Assembly (NCBI RefSeq): GCF_001194135.2
Contig: NC_068993.1
Span: 24,162,578 to 24,224,952 of the forward strand
Direction: 5' to 3'
DNA: 62,375 nucleotides
DNA from: Octopus bimaculoides
Taxonomy: Eukaryota
Positions 23,235-38,290 of the stretch are shown here, in pieces. The notes under the pieces are model-generated. The model was not told the DNA's origin. It did not search any database and worked only from the letters and a program-made list of their open reading frames with translations. Each line of letters starts with the position of its first letter. Position 1 is the stretch's first letter. The translations under genes and the position numbers were made by a program.

Positions 23235-24749
23235 CTAAACATATAATAATATGTATTATGAAATAATATAAATTTCATGTTTACATGCGATTCAATGTAT
23301 TTAAAGAAATTAGAAACTCATCATCCCACAGATAACATAGACAGCAGCAGTCTATTAGTAAGTCTCAGCAGTATTACACAAAACGTTTTTCTCATTAGAA
23401 ATGCTTCCTTGGTGATCAGAGGAAATTAATTTCAATATTTCTTTTAACTGGATTAAAACTTTTGGAAATAGCTTCAGATAACTCTATTGAATTATCATTT
23501 AAAAATTTTTATCTTTAATATCTTAATTTTAATAAATCAATCAATATCCATTGAAATCGACTTCATTGGAACCTTACTTTCAATACTAAATATATTTCGT
23601 GTACCATAGCTGAGACTACGTTGCCACTTTAATATGAAAAATGTCAATACACACATTTGTATTCAGATATTGTTTGAAAGATTCTATATAATCTCATTCA
23701 AACCGAACAGCTTTTGAATTAATCACTTGGATTCCTTTGTCTTAAATAAGTATGACGGGAACAACATTAAACTATTTTTATTAACACGAAATGAATCTCA
23801 GCTTATCCTACTTTTCTTCTTTTGAAGTCAAGGAAAATGGAGACTTGAATTTGATGACAGCCAAAATATCATGAGAAAATTGTCTCCAGTCATTACTTGT
23901 TGTTTATATAAAACCGTTTAAATATCGTGATTCTTTTCCACACTGAGTCTCGAAATGTCACGCAGTTATCAAGACGATGCTAATATAGAGTAAAGTTAGA
24001 GAATCGACGATTATTTGTTTATATTTATAACAGTATAAATAACAGAGCGCATTGAGAATTGCAAGTACAAAATGCTTGTAAAGTAGACAAATTATTGTAG
24101 TGTGTGGAAGACAAGACTAATGTTTTTGACATGAAACTTCATCAGTATTTAATGCAAGGTTCATTGAGAGTATTGAAAAAATATATTGGATTCAATGAGA
24201 TAAATGAAAGAAACAGTCAGGAGTGAAGAGCAATAAAGGCCAGATGGAGTTGCATATGGTAGGTGGAGATAATAAGGTGAAATTGAGGAGATAACACTCA
24301 AACTAATTTTCAAATTTGGAAAATGAGAAGCGGTGATTAGGACTGGCAGAAGCGAAAGCATCTACTAAAGAGAAAACAAGTAAACATCATACACACACAC
24401 ACACACACATACACACACACATACGTGATATATATGAGTGTGTGTGTGTGTAAGTAAGTATGTATATGCATATGTACATACATACATATTTATATTTATA
24501 CATGTATGCATACATACATACATACATATATACATACATACACACATACATACATATATATACATACATATAGTAGTTGGACAAAATGATGGAAACCCCA
24601 GTTTTTACATAAATTTGTCTAATGGCAATATAGGAAATTCAAAATCAACTCCATTCTGAATATATGTGCTCATATGCATTCTGTGTCTCGTATTTCATGA
24701 CATAGCTCTGTTTTATTTTTTGTAGTCATTTATTTTTAAATAATTTAAA

Positions 24750-25300
24750 ATGCGTGTTTTATCAGATTTCTAATGAGATAAATTTTTACAACGTGGACGG
24801 CGGGATATTCAGTCACTAAAATTGGTAAAATATTTAATGGTTCGAGAGGCACTGTCTCTAAAGCTTTATTGACATTCCAAAACTATGGTAAAAATCGGCT
24901 ATGGGACAGAAGGCAAAGGTTATAAAATTATTTTGTCTAAAACCCATCGACTAAATGTGACAGCAGAAGAAATATTCTACATTGCTAACTCCATGTTAAG
25001 AAAAAACATTCCTCGTGAGTCTCAGATACCATGGAAGCGCAAAAGTGATGAAGGCATTGGCTATATCTTTCTCAAAATTAATATTGGTTTCAGATTTTCT
25101 CTTAGGGCCAGCAATGTTGAGGGAGATACATCGATTCCAGTGATCAACTGCTACTTATTTCATCGGCCCCGAGAAAATGAACGGCAAAATCGACCCCAGC
25201 AGCATTATATCTTGGAATGTATAGTCAGAAGAAATGGCGCTAAGCGTTCGCCGTGGAAACTATTTGATATAACTAAGGCTTTAAACAGTCCCTATTGAGC
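24750..25300 (+). pseudogene. Tc1-family transposase relic
   Basis: MRVLSDF*...AGYSVTKIGKIFNGSRGTVSK matches Tc1 N-terminal HTH (M.DLSDF.RG.IVG..AGASVTK.A..LGVSRGTVSK); frameshifted. Confidence 0.75.
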
Positions 25301-25324
25301 AAAAATTCTCTAGAGAAAGCTGAG

Positions 25325-25935
25325 CTCTGTTGAATGAAAATTTGATTGCGAGATGTTGAAAAGAATTTTCATTGATTAAATTTGAGGTTGTGGTATTCAG
25401 GATTTATATTTCAATATTGAAGTTTGTAAATCATGTGTGTCTATTTAGGCGTGCTAGCTTCAGGTCAATGACTTTTATTACATGTACACAAAATGATGAA
25501 CGTAAGAATAAGGGGTATGATGGTCAGCATATATGTCACTAGCTTTAGTTGCTGTTGTTTCATTTCGATTCAAATGGGAAATTTAAACTTTGAGTATGTG
25601 AAGGCGGAAGTGTTTAAAGCTTTCCAATTGAGTTTTTATTTAGGTGTGTCAGTTGTTAAGTAATGAGATTTTTAAGGGTACACAAAAGAATAACAATGTC
25701 ATAAGTTTTAGTTGGTCATCAGGCTGTTTTACTAGTTATTGGTGTTGTTTTAGAATTGTTTGTATTGTATGGTTGGCGGTTATTAGTAAAAACTACCATG
25801 GTGTTATTACTAGGAACATTTTTTTAATCAATTGTTTCAATGTTCAGAAAGGATTATGTAGGGATATATGTTGTTCGTCAGCATATCTTTCGCCAGGAGT
25901 TTATTATTCTAGAACGTATTTAATTGCTATTTAGA
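25325..25935 (-). pseudogene. Possible second Tc1-like relic, very decayed
   Basis: Weak minus-strand matches: IRSRIINSW (N-terminal HTH-like) and LN...SNLINEN.F.HL (PDLNPIENLW-like). Confidence 0.3.
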
Positions 25936-26520
25936 AATTTTGTACGTTACGTTTAGAGAGAACTTTGTGAGTTACATTTTATAAATATTTATTTTATTCA
26001 TTTTGAATCGTTGATATTTTATATATTACTTTTGACCTGTGAATATATGAGAAGTATGCATTATATAATGTGGTTGTAATTTGGTATGGAAAAAGGAATA
26101 AAAATATAATTAATCTTAATAAATTATATTGATATTAGATAAGTACAAACATTCTATACCAGTTAAATATCTAGTTTTTGTTTCTTTTAACTTTTTTTTC
26201 TCATACAGAGACTGAAGTGTCAATGGAGACAAAGAAAGAGATTATGTAGCTTCGAAACTTCAGCAGAGAATGATATTGAAATATAATTGTGAATATCATG
26301 AGAGTGATTCAGTAAAAGAGAAAAATCAACGAAGCAGTGCCATTAATCTATTAACAATGATCACTTATTTTCTCTGAATTTTCACCTAATATCAGCCACA
26401 ATGAAAAATGTACGATGAACCGGGATACATAACTAGAGTAATAAATAACTCCAGATAACCACTTCGTCTTTGCTGCCTTTTACCTTGTACCTAACACTTA
26501 TACACACTCATATTTAGACA

Positions 26521-26586
<66 letters not shown>

Positions 26587-27098
26587 TGAATGAAATATTC
26601 GCTTCATATATCCAATGTATGGAAGACCGAGGCTAAAAACATTATATTGGTATACTCATTAAAATAGATATCAGATATCAATTATAAACATATTTTGTAT
26701 CATATCAACTGAAATGCTGGATCCAAGTTTAAGGAAAGGAGAAGAAAAAAGTAGTTGAAATTTTAGAAAGTCTTTAAAATATATGTATTTATAAAATGTC
26801 ACAAAATATAATATAAATAATCCAAAAGGGAACAAACAGCAGAAGATATAGAAAATAAACTGATTGTATCGAATAACAGTTATTTTCAAATAACTTCAGC
26901 TGTCTATTCCTTCTAGAATCTTCCATATTATATTTTGTTGTAAGTGCATTTTTAGACACTAATTCATTTTATTTAAGTACTTTCCTTTCTCTCTTGACCC
27001 TTCCTATCTTTTATTATCATGAAAGATGATCAAATTCCCACCAGATAGTATGTTTTGATTTTATAATTTCATTGACTATTATGTATTTTCAGATCATT

Positions 27099-27450
27099 AA
27101 ACTGGAATGTCAAGGCGACAAAACTGAGTATTTTTGACACCATTTGCTTTTTTGCGTTTAATCGAGGTGTTTAGGCCGCCGAAGCTGCTCGTGAAGTTTG
27201 TGCTGTCTATGGAGAAAGAGTAATGCCTCAAAGTACTGCTTGCTGTTGGTTTTTCGCGCTTCAAAAATGGGTATTCTGACCTTCGATGAAGAACAATTGA
27301 ATCAACTTGTTCACGAAAATTTACGTCAAACGACCACAAATGGATTATGGATTATGGCACCACAGATGGATTGCGATAAAAAAACTGTGCTGAATCACCT
27401 TCACTCAACGGGCAAGGTTCGAAACTCGGTGATTGAGTGGCATACAATTA
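27099..27450 (+). pseudogene. mariner transposase N-terminal fragment
   Basis: ECQGDKTEYF*HHLL.AFNRG..AAEAAREVCAVYGE..WFSRFKNG..FDEEQLNQLVHEN.RQTT..KTVLNHLHSTGKV. Confidence 0.85.
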
Positions 27451-27699
27451 ATTATATATAAATAAATAAGTATAACTTACTCCTGATGAGTTTGAATGAG
27501 TGGTCGGTTGAAGAGGGTCAATGTTTATTTACTGGACATTATGTTGCAATTGGTCGAGAAATGTCTCGCTGTATCACAGTTTGATGTTGGTATTTTAGCA
27601 AGAACAATTACTTGGAATATATCGCATGGTGAATAGGAAATCAACTGCATAGTGGACAGGAAATCGATCAAGTGGTAGGGATGAGTGGGAAGGGGTAGT

Positions 27700-28320
27700 A
27701 GATGTGTGAGTATATACTTATATACGTGTGTATGTATGTGCTTATGTATTTGTGTGCGTTCGTGCGTAGCCGTGTGCCCCTGTTTATCCGCGCGTGTATA
27801 TATGTGCATAGAAGCATATTCACACATCCGCGCACGCAAACACTCACATACACACACACACACACCCTCATACACACTCAAACTCGCATGCACGTTCTCA
27901 CGTGTGCACAGATGCACACACACGCACACGCACGCATGCACAGGCGCACATACACACCTGCACACACACATATGCGTGCATGTATTTATTTACGTGTCTA
28001 TATGCACACGAGTATACGCACGCGCGTGTGCATGACTGTGTGCGCGCATATATAAGTGCGCGTATTTTCATACATGAATACACACACACACGGGCAACCG
28101 CGCCCGATTATACACACCAGTGCGCATACAGCCGTGTACATGCATACAGTGTGCAGATGTATACGTGTACGCACTCACATGGGCGCGCACATGCGCGTAT
28201 TTATATTTGTGTTGTTATGTAAAAGGAGTGAAAATATACGTACATGCATATATACATGCATGCATACATTCATGCATGCATGTATACATACATAAATAGA
28301 TGCATACATGTATACAGTAA
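27700..28320. repeat. About 600-bp imperfect alternating purine-pyrimidine tract
   Basis: Mixed CA/TG/CG/TA dinucleotides with no single repeat unit. Confidence 0.85.
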
Positions 28321-28334
28321 TGTAATGTAAATCA

Positions 28335-28605
28335 GCTACAAAGAGGTTATTAGCGTAAACCTAAAGATCAGTGAAAAATGAAATACCTACGCTGGCCTAT
28401 TGAAAAATCTGCAAATACACTACGCGGATTACAAGTTCAGATTTATAACTGTATTTATTGGACCAGTGGGATATGTAACACACTAAGTAGCATTCTTGAG
28501 AAATTAGGCTTCTCAAAACCAGAAATGTGAAAGCTGATTCGACGACAATAGATGTAAGCCATCACTGGAACTGTAAAAACCTTTTGAACTTTCCAGAAAT
28601 TTAAG
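28335..28605 (+). mobile_element. RLE-type (R4/Dong-like) LINE C-terminal fragment, second subfamily
   Basis: KISEK*NTYAGLLKNLQIHYADYKFRFITVFIGPVGYVTH..LEKLGFSKPE..ITGTVK. Confidence 0.7.
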
Positions 28606-31600
28606 AAAATCACTGTTTAAGTATATCTGTTCATGTCTAGACATGCAAGCACATGTATGAAAATACTACATAAAACAAGGCATACAAATCTGCACATGCT
28701 CTGACTTCAGACACTGTTGATGCTTTTGAAATTCCAATGTCTTCGTTCTTGTTTAGAAACCGGCTCTTTCTATATTGGCAAAATCTCTTGAAATAAAACT
28801 TAATAATGGCATGCATACATACCCACATACATACATACCTACATACATACATACATACATACATACATACATACATACATACATACATACATACATAAAC
28901 ATATGGGATACAAATACCCTCCTCTCCCATATAAAGCAGAACCTACTACTGACTTGAAGAGTCTCAACTGCCTTTTGAGGGATCCCCTCACACAAAATTT
29001 CCCAAAATCTCTTGATAGGTAACATGCCCGTAGAAAAAAATGCTTTCAATCATTTCACCCCAACATTATGAGCGGTTACGAAATCATCAATCTCTTATGT
29101 TCTGCTTCCTTGTTCTGCGCTAATATTTTAAAACTTTGTACAATTGTAGTCACTCTCTGAAAGCAGTTGACGATTTCTTAATGTTTAATGTTCGTACGTG
29201 TCCTATATATGATATAAGAATTTCCAAGGCATTATGTTTTTAAAATGTTAAATTTAATCCATATTTAATTATAATGATTTCGGTGGATTTAGTATCATTT
29301 CTTGTTTAATCATTTCTATGGGAAGGTGTGTACATTTTTTCATGATATGTATTTCGAATAATCATATGATCTATACCAAGTTGCTAGGCTTTGTTTACTG
29401 AAGATAATAGTTACTATTGATTTGGAACGATATTAGCACCAGAGAACCCATTGTATGCTACAAAGCAGGTATTGCCTTTTTAGTGTAGTATAGAAGTATC
29501 ATTTCTATAGTTTTGCAGTACTCTTTATTCATCTGTACCTAATACTCCTTGGAAAAGAATAAGTTTTGCAAGCAAGTGTAATATCTTTAATTTCATTAAT
29601 AGAGGTATTTTTCTAGGTTAATCCAGCATTTTCATTTATTTAATCTAATTTAAAGTGCACTGAAATACATCATTATGGATCTGCTAAAGTACTGATAGTC
29701 AACAAAATATTCATCATAATAAAATAACTTCAAGTGTCAAGCACATTCTTTTCTTCTCGATTAGACAGGCGTAACTCTGAACTTAGACAAACGAGCAATA
29801 AATATCTATTTTTGAAAAGTGTATTGTATAATATATTTGTTGTTGCTCATACCCAATTTTATTGTGATTAACTGATAGAAGCCTGTCCCACTTTTATTCA
29901 TTTACAATAATCTATTTACATCATGAACGAAATTTGCATAAACGTCTATTTGTCGTATTTGTCAAATGCAAAATTAAGTACGTTATCTTTTCAATTATTT
30001 GTCGTCAAAGTTTTTCGTTCTTTCGTCTGTTTAATACAAAGCAACAATAGACACCACTGTCACTGTCCTTTTTCTTTATCGCCCAAAATTGCACTAACAA
30101 TTTAATGCAAGCAGCTGACAGAAAAATCAAATCTATATCTGAACATATATTTTTTAAACTTAAAAGCAAACAAAATGAATTGCCTGAGACATGTTATGCA
30201 TAGACAACCCGTGTTTAATAAATGCCCATTGTTATGAAATATATCCCCGCTGATAAGAAAATAATCTGCATGTGGAATTGATCCACTGTTTGTCAATTTT
30301 AAGCTGGTCACTATATGCTAAATTTCAATGTAGCGCATTTAATAAAATTGTGCAAGTGTGAATCGATTAAATGCCCTGATATTGCAAACATTCGATATTT
30401 GCATTAATACAAAGAGAATGAGACAAAACTCCTGCTGTCTCACTTCTAGAGTTTGTTGAAATGCATTATTAAGAATTATTTCTAATCATATTAGTAAAAT
30501 ACAGTGTGGTACAAGAGAAGTTGGACATTAATTTCATGTTTTCATTCTGTATATTCTGCCAGACGCTATTATTTGGAACAAAACAAAAATCTGAGTACTA
30601 CACATTTATATCAATACGGCTGTGTAAGAATTCTTTTTTACACATTGACTGGTATGTACCTTTCATCTACCGCCTGTATACGTTTACTTTGTGTCGTGAA
30701 TGCCGTTACCGATGGCAGAAAATTGTCTGTAACTTTATGCAGTTTATTAAGTCTGATTAATTAAACGAGTTTCGTTCATTGTTGATATGAAATTATCTGC
30801 AGTATCTTAAAATAAATTACTAAAAATATTTCCACGTTATTAAATTAATTCAAATTTGCTGCTTAATATTCACTTTACTTAGCATCAAATTAATTCAGCT
30901 CACGTCATAGTATTATTTGCTCCTCCACTTCTATGTTTCATAAAATATGCACCAGTAATAAACTGAGTTGATAAGCTTTTTATATCAATTAAAGTGTATG
31001 CTTTCATTTTATAGGTGCTTTCATGGCCAGGCCTTGCCGTTAGATAAATATATTGGTACCGGATACACTACTATGTACCTTTTAACTGTCACGTACGTTT
31101 ACAATTAGCCTCATTTCTTTTCTCTGCGCTGGCTAATTATTTTCGTGAAATTTCTCTATTCTCTGCGTGGTTCTGTCTGGATAAATCTTGATTTAACTCC
31201 AGCACATGTCCCTTTCATATTTTTTCCAATCCTCATTTCAGCACTCTTATTCCTTCAGTCCACCGCATATTGAAAACCTGTGCCGGTATTAACAATCTAT
31301 ATTTTATTATTAGCAGCAATTCACACCGTCGAAAGTTACATATACCAGCATATATTTACTCTTAAGGCTCTGCAGAAGAGAACACTAAGACAAAGTGTAT
31401 ACGGGTTCTCTAACATACAAATTTAATGACACAATGAAATATATTCAGTGAAAGATATTGTTGTATTGGTATTGAAAAAGAAATTATAAAAAGAAAATGC
31501 AAAGTATGGTCGTCAATGTTTTTAAAAAGTTGCTCTACAAGCAAAAGAAAGTGGGAACGAAAGCAGAGGCATAAAGTAGTAGCGGTAGAAGAAGTAGTAG

Positions 31601-34600
31601 TTGTTTTTGTTGCTGCTGCTTCTGTTGCTGTTTTAGCTGCAGCAGCAGTATCGGTATCTCAAGTGTACACTACAAAGCAATGAAATAACGAAATTTCACC
31701 AAACTAACACAAGCACAAAAAAATTTACTTCATGTCTAAAAAAAAAATTAATTCTTGAGACTACGACTGAAAATGAGACAGCTTTGATACATTGAAGATG
31801 TTCATTAATATGTTAACATGTAGTTTTTCTGCATAGTGCGCATACCTGTCTTAAGAAACAATTCGGTGGTTTAGCTTTGTTCTACTTATAAACAGGTGGT
31901 TACATATTTTTATTATGTAGATTATTTTAACCTTTATTCACTTTCGTTTACTTAACACAATACTAGAATATATATTTGCCCGATTTAGTGTTCTTAAGTG
32001 ATTTATAATCAAATCAGTTTCAGAGAAATATAATTCAATTAACTAAACGAGAAAAATTATTAGTCAAGTCTAATAACAGAGGACTCAATTACTGTGGCTT
32101 CAGTCACCTGTGTATTGGTAATAAGTGCATTTATCAATTACAGACAGTGGTGAAATAAAAAAAAAATAGTAGTTATTTCTGATTTTAATCCTTACTTATG
32201 GAATGCAGATTGCTGTAAGGTGTTAAACAAGAAAAGTAGTAAAGTGTAATTGGGAATAAATGCTTCAATGAGTCAATTTCTGCCTCGTAGAAGGAAAACT
32301 AATATACATTTGCGTATTTAGTCTGAACTTACTTCTGTAAATCTTTTTCCAAAATAAAGAAACAAATAAATGTTATTTTGAATTCAGCATATCTATGAAA
32401 GAATAAGATACTTTAGCAGTTACCATTTCTCATTCAATAATAATTTTTTCAAGAAATATTAGAGAAACAAAGACTATCATTTCAGTAAGAAAGCCGTCAT
32501 TTTTGCTGCATAATTTGTAGTTTACTAGAATGACAACTATTTATTGTTCCAAGTTTTACACTAGCTAGAGTAGTTAATAATCATAATATCTTGATATACA
32601 CCGTTGATGAAAACATCACAATATGTTTTAATATAGATTAATTAGGGCTACCAAATCGATTTGTGTTAGTATCCTTTACACGATCACATCGACTGCAAGA
32701 AATTACAAATACTCTAAAATACTACCCCTACCGTCTAATTGTACAGAAATATACACTGTAAATTAATAGTAAATATAACGACTGAATGATGGTGTTGCAC
32801 ACGAAAGTATATTTACCCAACAGATCCGAACGATGTAAAAGAACAATAAATGGATGAAACCGATTCTCAAACACCTACAAATTTAAGTGTCATACAAATT
32901 CCAAAAAGGACCCAAAGAAACAATAGTAATAAGAGTCATTTACAAATACTTCAGAAAAATATATTACTGAGGCTAAACAACGAAGACAGTAATGATCAAG
33001 ACAGAAGACACTGTTGTTATCTCCCTTATCAATATCACAAATTCGCACATATTAAAGTGTTTTAATATGTTTTGTAAATACGAGACCAAAAATTCCAAAA
33101 TTATACAATTGAACAATGACAGCAATGAAGCACAACTGCATACGTGGATGGTGTCGCGTTCACATTCACATATTTATCTTCAGATAATGCTGCATAAATA
33201 GAATATTCATTTATAAATCATTTAGAAACTCGTTTCTACAAGAATAGACCTACCTCTACCAAAGCTATTCCCTTTCCCATCAGGAACACTACTAAATATC
33301 GGCATAACGAACCATTATTAGCATCACCAGAAACATATATGACCACGCACAAAAAAACAAAACAAATACTAGGGGTTACATGCATGGTTTCCAAAATATC
33401 CTCTATGCAAATAGACGTAGTAATGCCGTCAGTTTATGTAAATATGTCACATAATCCATATTCTATGGTTGAACTATTAATGTCTTTTGAATATTTAGAG
33501 TGCTCTGTTCAGAAACCATTATAACTCACCAAGCAGATTTAAATTCAACATTTGAAGTAATTAATTTAGTTTAAAGCATTTCTATTCACCCGTTTCGTTT
33601 TATAATATGTACTGTATTAGACTTTATACGAAACAGAAATTATATATCATAAGAATTTCATGACTACATTACTAAGACTCTTTAGGTCTATTAACGTATA
33701 TGTTTTATTCTTTAAGATCCTCTCTGTTTCCTTTCTCGTCATCATTATTTAGCTAACTATTTCATTGCGTTTTAATATTGTAATCAGTTTTCAGTTAGTT
33801 TTCTTTCTGAATTTAATTCGAGTTGGCGGTGACAGTGAGGAAATTATCACACCACTTAGCAAGCTCACTTGAGGAACATAAACCAAATACAACAGGCAGG
33901 CGCAGTGTTAACTAGCTTGAATATTGGTTGTTAACCCGCTTAGCAGTATGAGATAAATTGGTGCTCGTGTGTTCTATTTTCTTAATATCTAGTAAATTAT
34001 GTCGTTAAATAGGATGATTTTATTATCTAGCTTACAATTTGACAACTCGGTATTTGTAAAGAAACATTAGATTTAACACGTTTCTAAGCATAATAGACCA
34101 ATGTACATGTGTTGCTGTGTTACTTTTGAATATATAATTGCAAGAAATAACTAAATAATTCTCTAGGTTCCACTTAAAACTTATAATTTGAAAGATATGA
34201 TTTAAGCTTACAATCAAATATACTGTAATTCCTAATCAATTTGAAGTTATCTTGCGGAACAAACTCTCTAGGTTCCTGAATTATGATTCGGCGTTCACCA
34301 CTCCAAAATTGTAAAATGCTTTTATGCTTATTCCAATATATTCAATTCCTTATGTCATGTAAAGTCAAAAGATAAAACTTTAGAAGCTGCAGTTCAAAAT
34401 GCAAGGAGTGGCAGCACTTATTTCTAAGAAATTTCTCAAGTAAAGAATTCAGTTATCTGTACAAATCACAAGTATAAATAAAGCTTAGCTATCAGCATAA
34501 ACCATATATAATATCTATATTCAAGCGTATAAACACACCATTGTTTTCTTGTAATCGAAATGCAAACATATATTGAATATTATTAATTAATAACAGAATA

Positions 34601-34832
34601 TAACAATTTGGCGATATTCTGTTTCAAAGATTCAAGCATTTTATATTGTCGGAAAGCAAAATGCAGAAATTTAGAAATATATTAATCGACACACATATAT
34701 AACAGTAGATAAGTTTAGAATAATATTTCTTGGATTTTTCAAAGCATCTCTTTTAAACCGTCTTCTATAAATTTTAATTACAGCTAATAATGAATTTTTG
34801 ATAGCAAACGAAAGAAAGAAATGACCACTTAC

Positions 34833-35115
34833 CATAATAAACAAAATAATACATTCCTAGACGCTTGCAACAGAATATAAACCAAGAAGTGATGTGCATA
34901 AAATAGTTGCCCAAGTATAATCAAAGAGAAGAAGAGTGACAAATTGATAAGATATAACATTCCAAGCCATAATATTTCACGTGACTCTTTGAGGAGGCTT
35001 AAAAATAGGAAATTCTGATTCTCAATATTATTAATCTCTGGTATCAACAAATTTCTATTTGAACTGAGTAATTTATGTTCAATATTTGATTTTGTACTCA
35101 GAAATCCTAGTATAT
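34833..35115 (-). CDS. Candidate exon encoding hydrophobic segments
   Basis: 283 nt open, phase 1 to 2, perfect TG|gtaagt donor, acacag acceptor without a clear pyrimidine tract; ..REILWLGMLYLINLSLFFSLIILGQLFYAHHFLVYILLQ.. Confidence 0.35.
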
Positions 35116-36527
35116 CTGTGTACACGTGTGTTTGTACATATATGTACGTATATATGTGCATATAAGTATATGTGTAAATGTATCTGTGCTTAATTGTATA
35201 TTTTGCGGTAAAAAAGGCATTTGCTCAAGCTGAAATAATAAAAATATACAGTCGCTGAAAGAATAAAACATTTACATAGGTACATAGACAGCCATATACA
35301 GTTTAATGGTATATGAGAATATATTTGTCCAGTTCAACCAACAATTACTTAACATAACTTTTAATGAAGATATTTTTAGGACGATTTTATATTTTATTGA
35401 ATCGTAAGATCACTCATAAGGCCAATCGTAGGATACTACTTAGATTTAGTTTTAGTAATTAATGCTTTCATATGAAATGTACGTAAATGCAGTGATATAT
35501 ATATATATATATATATATANNNNNNNNNNNNNNNNNNNNNNNNNNNNNNNNNNNNNNNNNNNNNNNNNNNNNNNNNNNNNNNNNNNNNNNNNNNNNNNNN
35601 NNNNNNNNNNNNNNNNNNNNNNNNNNNNNNNNNNNNNNNNNNNNNNNNNNNNNNNNNNNNNNNNNNNNNNNNNNNNNNNNNNNNNNNNNNNNNNNNNNNN
35701 NNNNNNNNNNNNNNNNNNNNNNNNNNNNNNNNNNNNNNNNNNNNNNNNNNNNNNNNNNNNNNNNNNNNNNNNNNNNNNNNNNNNNNNNNNNNNNNNNNNN
35801 NNNNNNNNNNNNNNNNNNNNNNNNNNNNNNNNNNNNNNNNNNNNNNNNNNNNNNNNNNNNNNNNNNNNNNNNNNNNNNNNNNNNNNNNNNNNNNNNNNNN
35901 NNNNNNNNNNNNNNNNNNNNNNNNNNNNNNNNNNNNNNNNNNNNNNNNNNNNNNNNNNNNNNNNNNNNNNNNNNNNNNNNNNNNNNNNNNNNNNNNNNNN
36001 NNNNNNNNNNNNNNNNNNNNNNNNNNNNNNNNNNNNNNNNNNNNNNNNNNNNNNNNNNNNNNNNNNNNNNNNNNNNNNNNNNNNNNNNNNNNNNNNNNNN
36101 NNNNNNNNNNNNNNNNNNNNNNNNNNNNNNNNNNNNNNNNNNNNNNNNNNNNNNNNNNNNNNNNNNNNNNNNNNNNNNNNNNNNNNNNNNNNNNNNNNNN
36201 NNNNNNNNNNNNNNNNNNNNNNNNNNNNNNNNNNNNNNNNNNNNNNNNNNNNNNNNNNNNNNNNNNNNNNNNNNNNNNNNNNNNNNNNNNNNNNNNNNNN
36301 NNNNNNNNNNNNNNNNNNNNNNNNNNNNNACATGCAAACACACATGCATACATAAAACACACAAACACATGAATATGCAGAATACATACATACAAACGTA
36401 CACACATGCATATATATATATATACGCAAACACACACACGTACATGCATACATACAGTTACATGCATACATACATGTATACATACATACATACATACATA
36501 CATACATACATACACATACACACATAC

Positions 36528-36558
<31 letters not shown>

Positions 36559-37736
36559 TCCATCCATACATACATACATACATGCATATGTATGCGCACA
36601 CACACACTGACCCACATACACGCGCACAAACAACCAAAAAGAACACTGCTCGGATAACGACTATTGAAAAGGTTGCAAGACGCAACGAAAATTTGAGGAA
36701 AAATAAATAAGTAAATGAGTGGAAACTTTACTGATGGGTGTGTTAAATAATAAGGCACTAAAAGAGAATGACTCTCCTCAGACACAACAGTACGTGTGTG
36801 TGTGTGTGTGCGTGCGCGCACGATTATTTATTCGTTGAAATACAAATAGAAGAATATTGATGAGTAGACAAGTATGTAATGATGTAACGAAAGAATACAA
36901 ACTAATATTTGTGATGAACAAAATCAAGATTTTGTATTTAGTTATTTTCAAAATATTATACTTTATTTAAGATATAAGTTCTTATAATTATTACTCGTAA
37001 TTAATTTCAAATATCTAAAGCTCATATGGAAGCAAATTCATGAACGTTGACATTTTGGGCTTTTACGGTAACCTCTAAAACCAATAAGTTAGTAGAAAAG
37101 GTGTTTTACAAATCTAATAACAATTGTCACTTCATAGCAATACGCAATAATCACATCTAAAATAGTGAGTGCCTTCAAAGCAGTCATTGTTGTTTGATGT
37201 TGGCAATTTTTATTCAGAAGCCTGGAGAAGTTACCAGGATGATAGTCCTTGCTGTAAATTTTAGAATAACAATTTGTCATCCTCAGAGTAAATTCTTTAA
37301 TGTGTGGCCGTTCAATGGCATAAAGACTACTTCTTTATTACTCAAGCAATATATTGCTTTAATGAGTTTTGAATAAATTGCAATAAAAATTTATTTTGAT
37401 TTTTCTATGCACAATGTCTATAAAAGTATGGCATATGTTTATTCGAAAAATTAGTTCCTGCATTGAAAATTGAACCTCTGGTTGTACGAAGAATTATTAC
37501 CATTTATTATAAATATTTTTTATATTAAGGTCAAAATATTAAAGTGATAATTGCAAAAAGAGAAATGATTATATATTATTAGTTTATCATACACTAAGGA
37601 TAATTCAATCACATATTCCTTTTTCTATTAATATTGAAAAACAATATTGTGGTGGAGTCAATATTTTCCAAATGTTAAGGCGGTGGGTTCGCAGAGACCG
37701 TTACCGCGTTCGGCATAATGTTTAGCATTCCGCACC

Positions 37737-37805
37737 GACATCCGAAAGTCGGAGTTTTACTATGGCAACCGAATAATTGTCACATCTTAAATTACAGATA
37801 AATTC
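37737..37805 (+). repeat. Dispersed repeat, copy 2 (see 872-940)
   Basis: gacatccgaaagtcggagttttactatggcaaccgaataattgtcacatcttaaattacagataaattc. Confidence 0.7.
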
Positions 37806-37836
37806 CTCTCCCTACACACACACACACGCACGCACG

Positions 37837-37891
<55 letters not shown>

Positions 37892-38241
37892 NNNNNNNNN
37901 NNNNNNNNNNNNNNNNNNNNNNNNNNNNNNNNNNNNNNNNNNNNNNNNNNNNNNNNNNNNNNNNNNNNNNNNNNNNNNNNNNNNNNNNNNNNNNNNNNNN
38001 NNNNNNNNNNNNNNNATATATATATATATATATATAAGGCTATGAAGGGTATTGGATTTAACCAAACCCAAAGATACAGGTAATACCGAGTAAGTGCTGT
38101 ATACCCGCTAGTTTTGCCCCTTTCGTTGTATAAACATGAGTGGGGAATATAACATAGGTCGTGTATTAGCGTGCGTATGTATAAAGAGAGAAAAGGATAA
38201 AGAGACCAATGGCAAAGTTAGAAATATATTTTATGGATAAA

Positions 38242-38290
38242 GTCTTACAGCTGTTTCAGAGAAAATCCAATGTATCCCTTCATCGGAGAC
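38242..38290 (-). ncRNA. Hammerhead motif, left-arm copy
   Basis: GTCT-CCGATGA-AGGGA..TCTCT-GAAA-CAGCTG-T-A-AGAC; one G:U pair in stem II; U4C core variant. Confidence 0.65.

Noticed and set aside
35436-36821. Long ORFs spanning N gaps and microsatellites (also 10413-11199, 43433-44421, 59543-60805 and others)
   Set aside because: Length comes from X runs and dinucleotide repeats that lack stop codons
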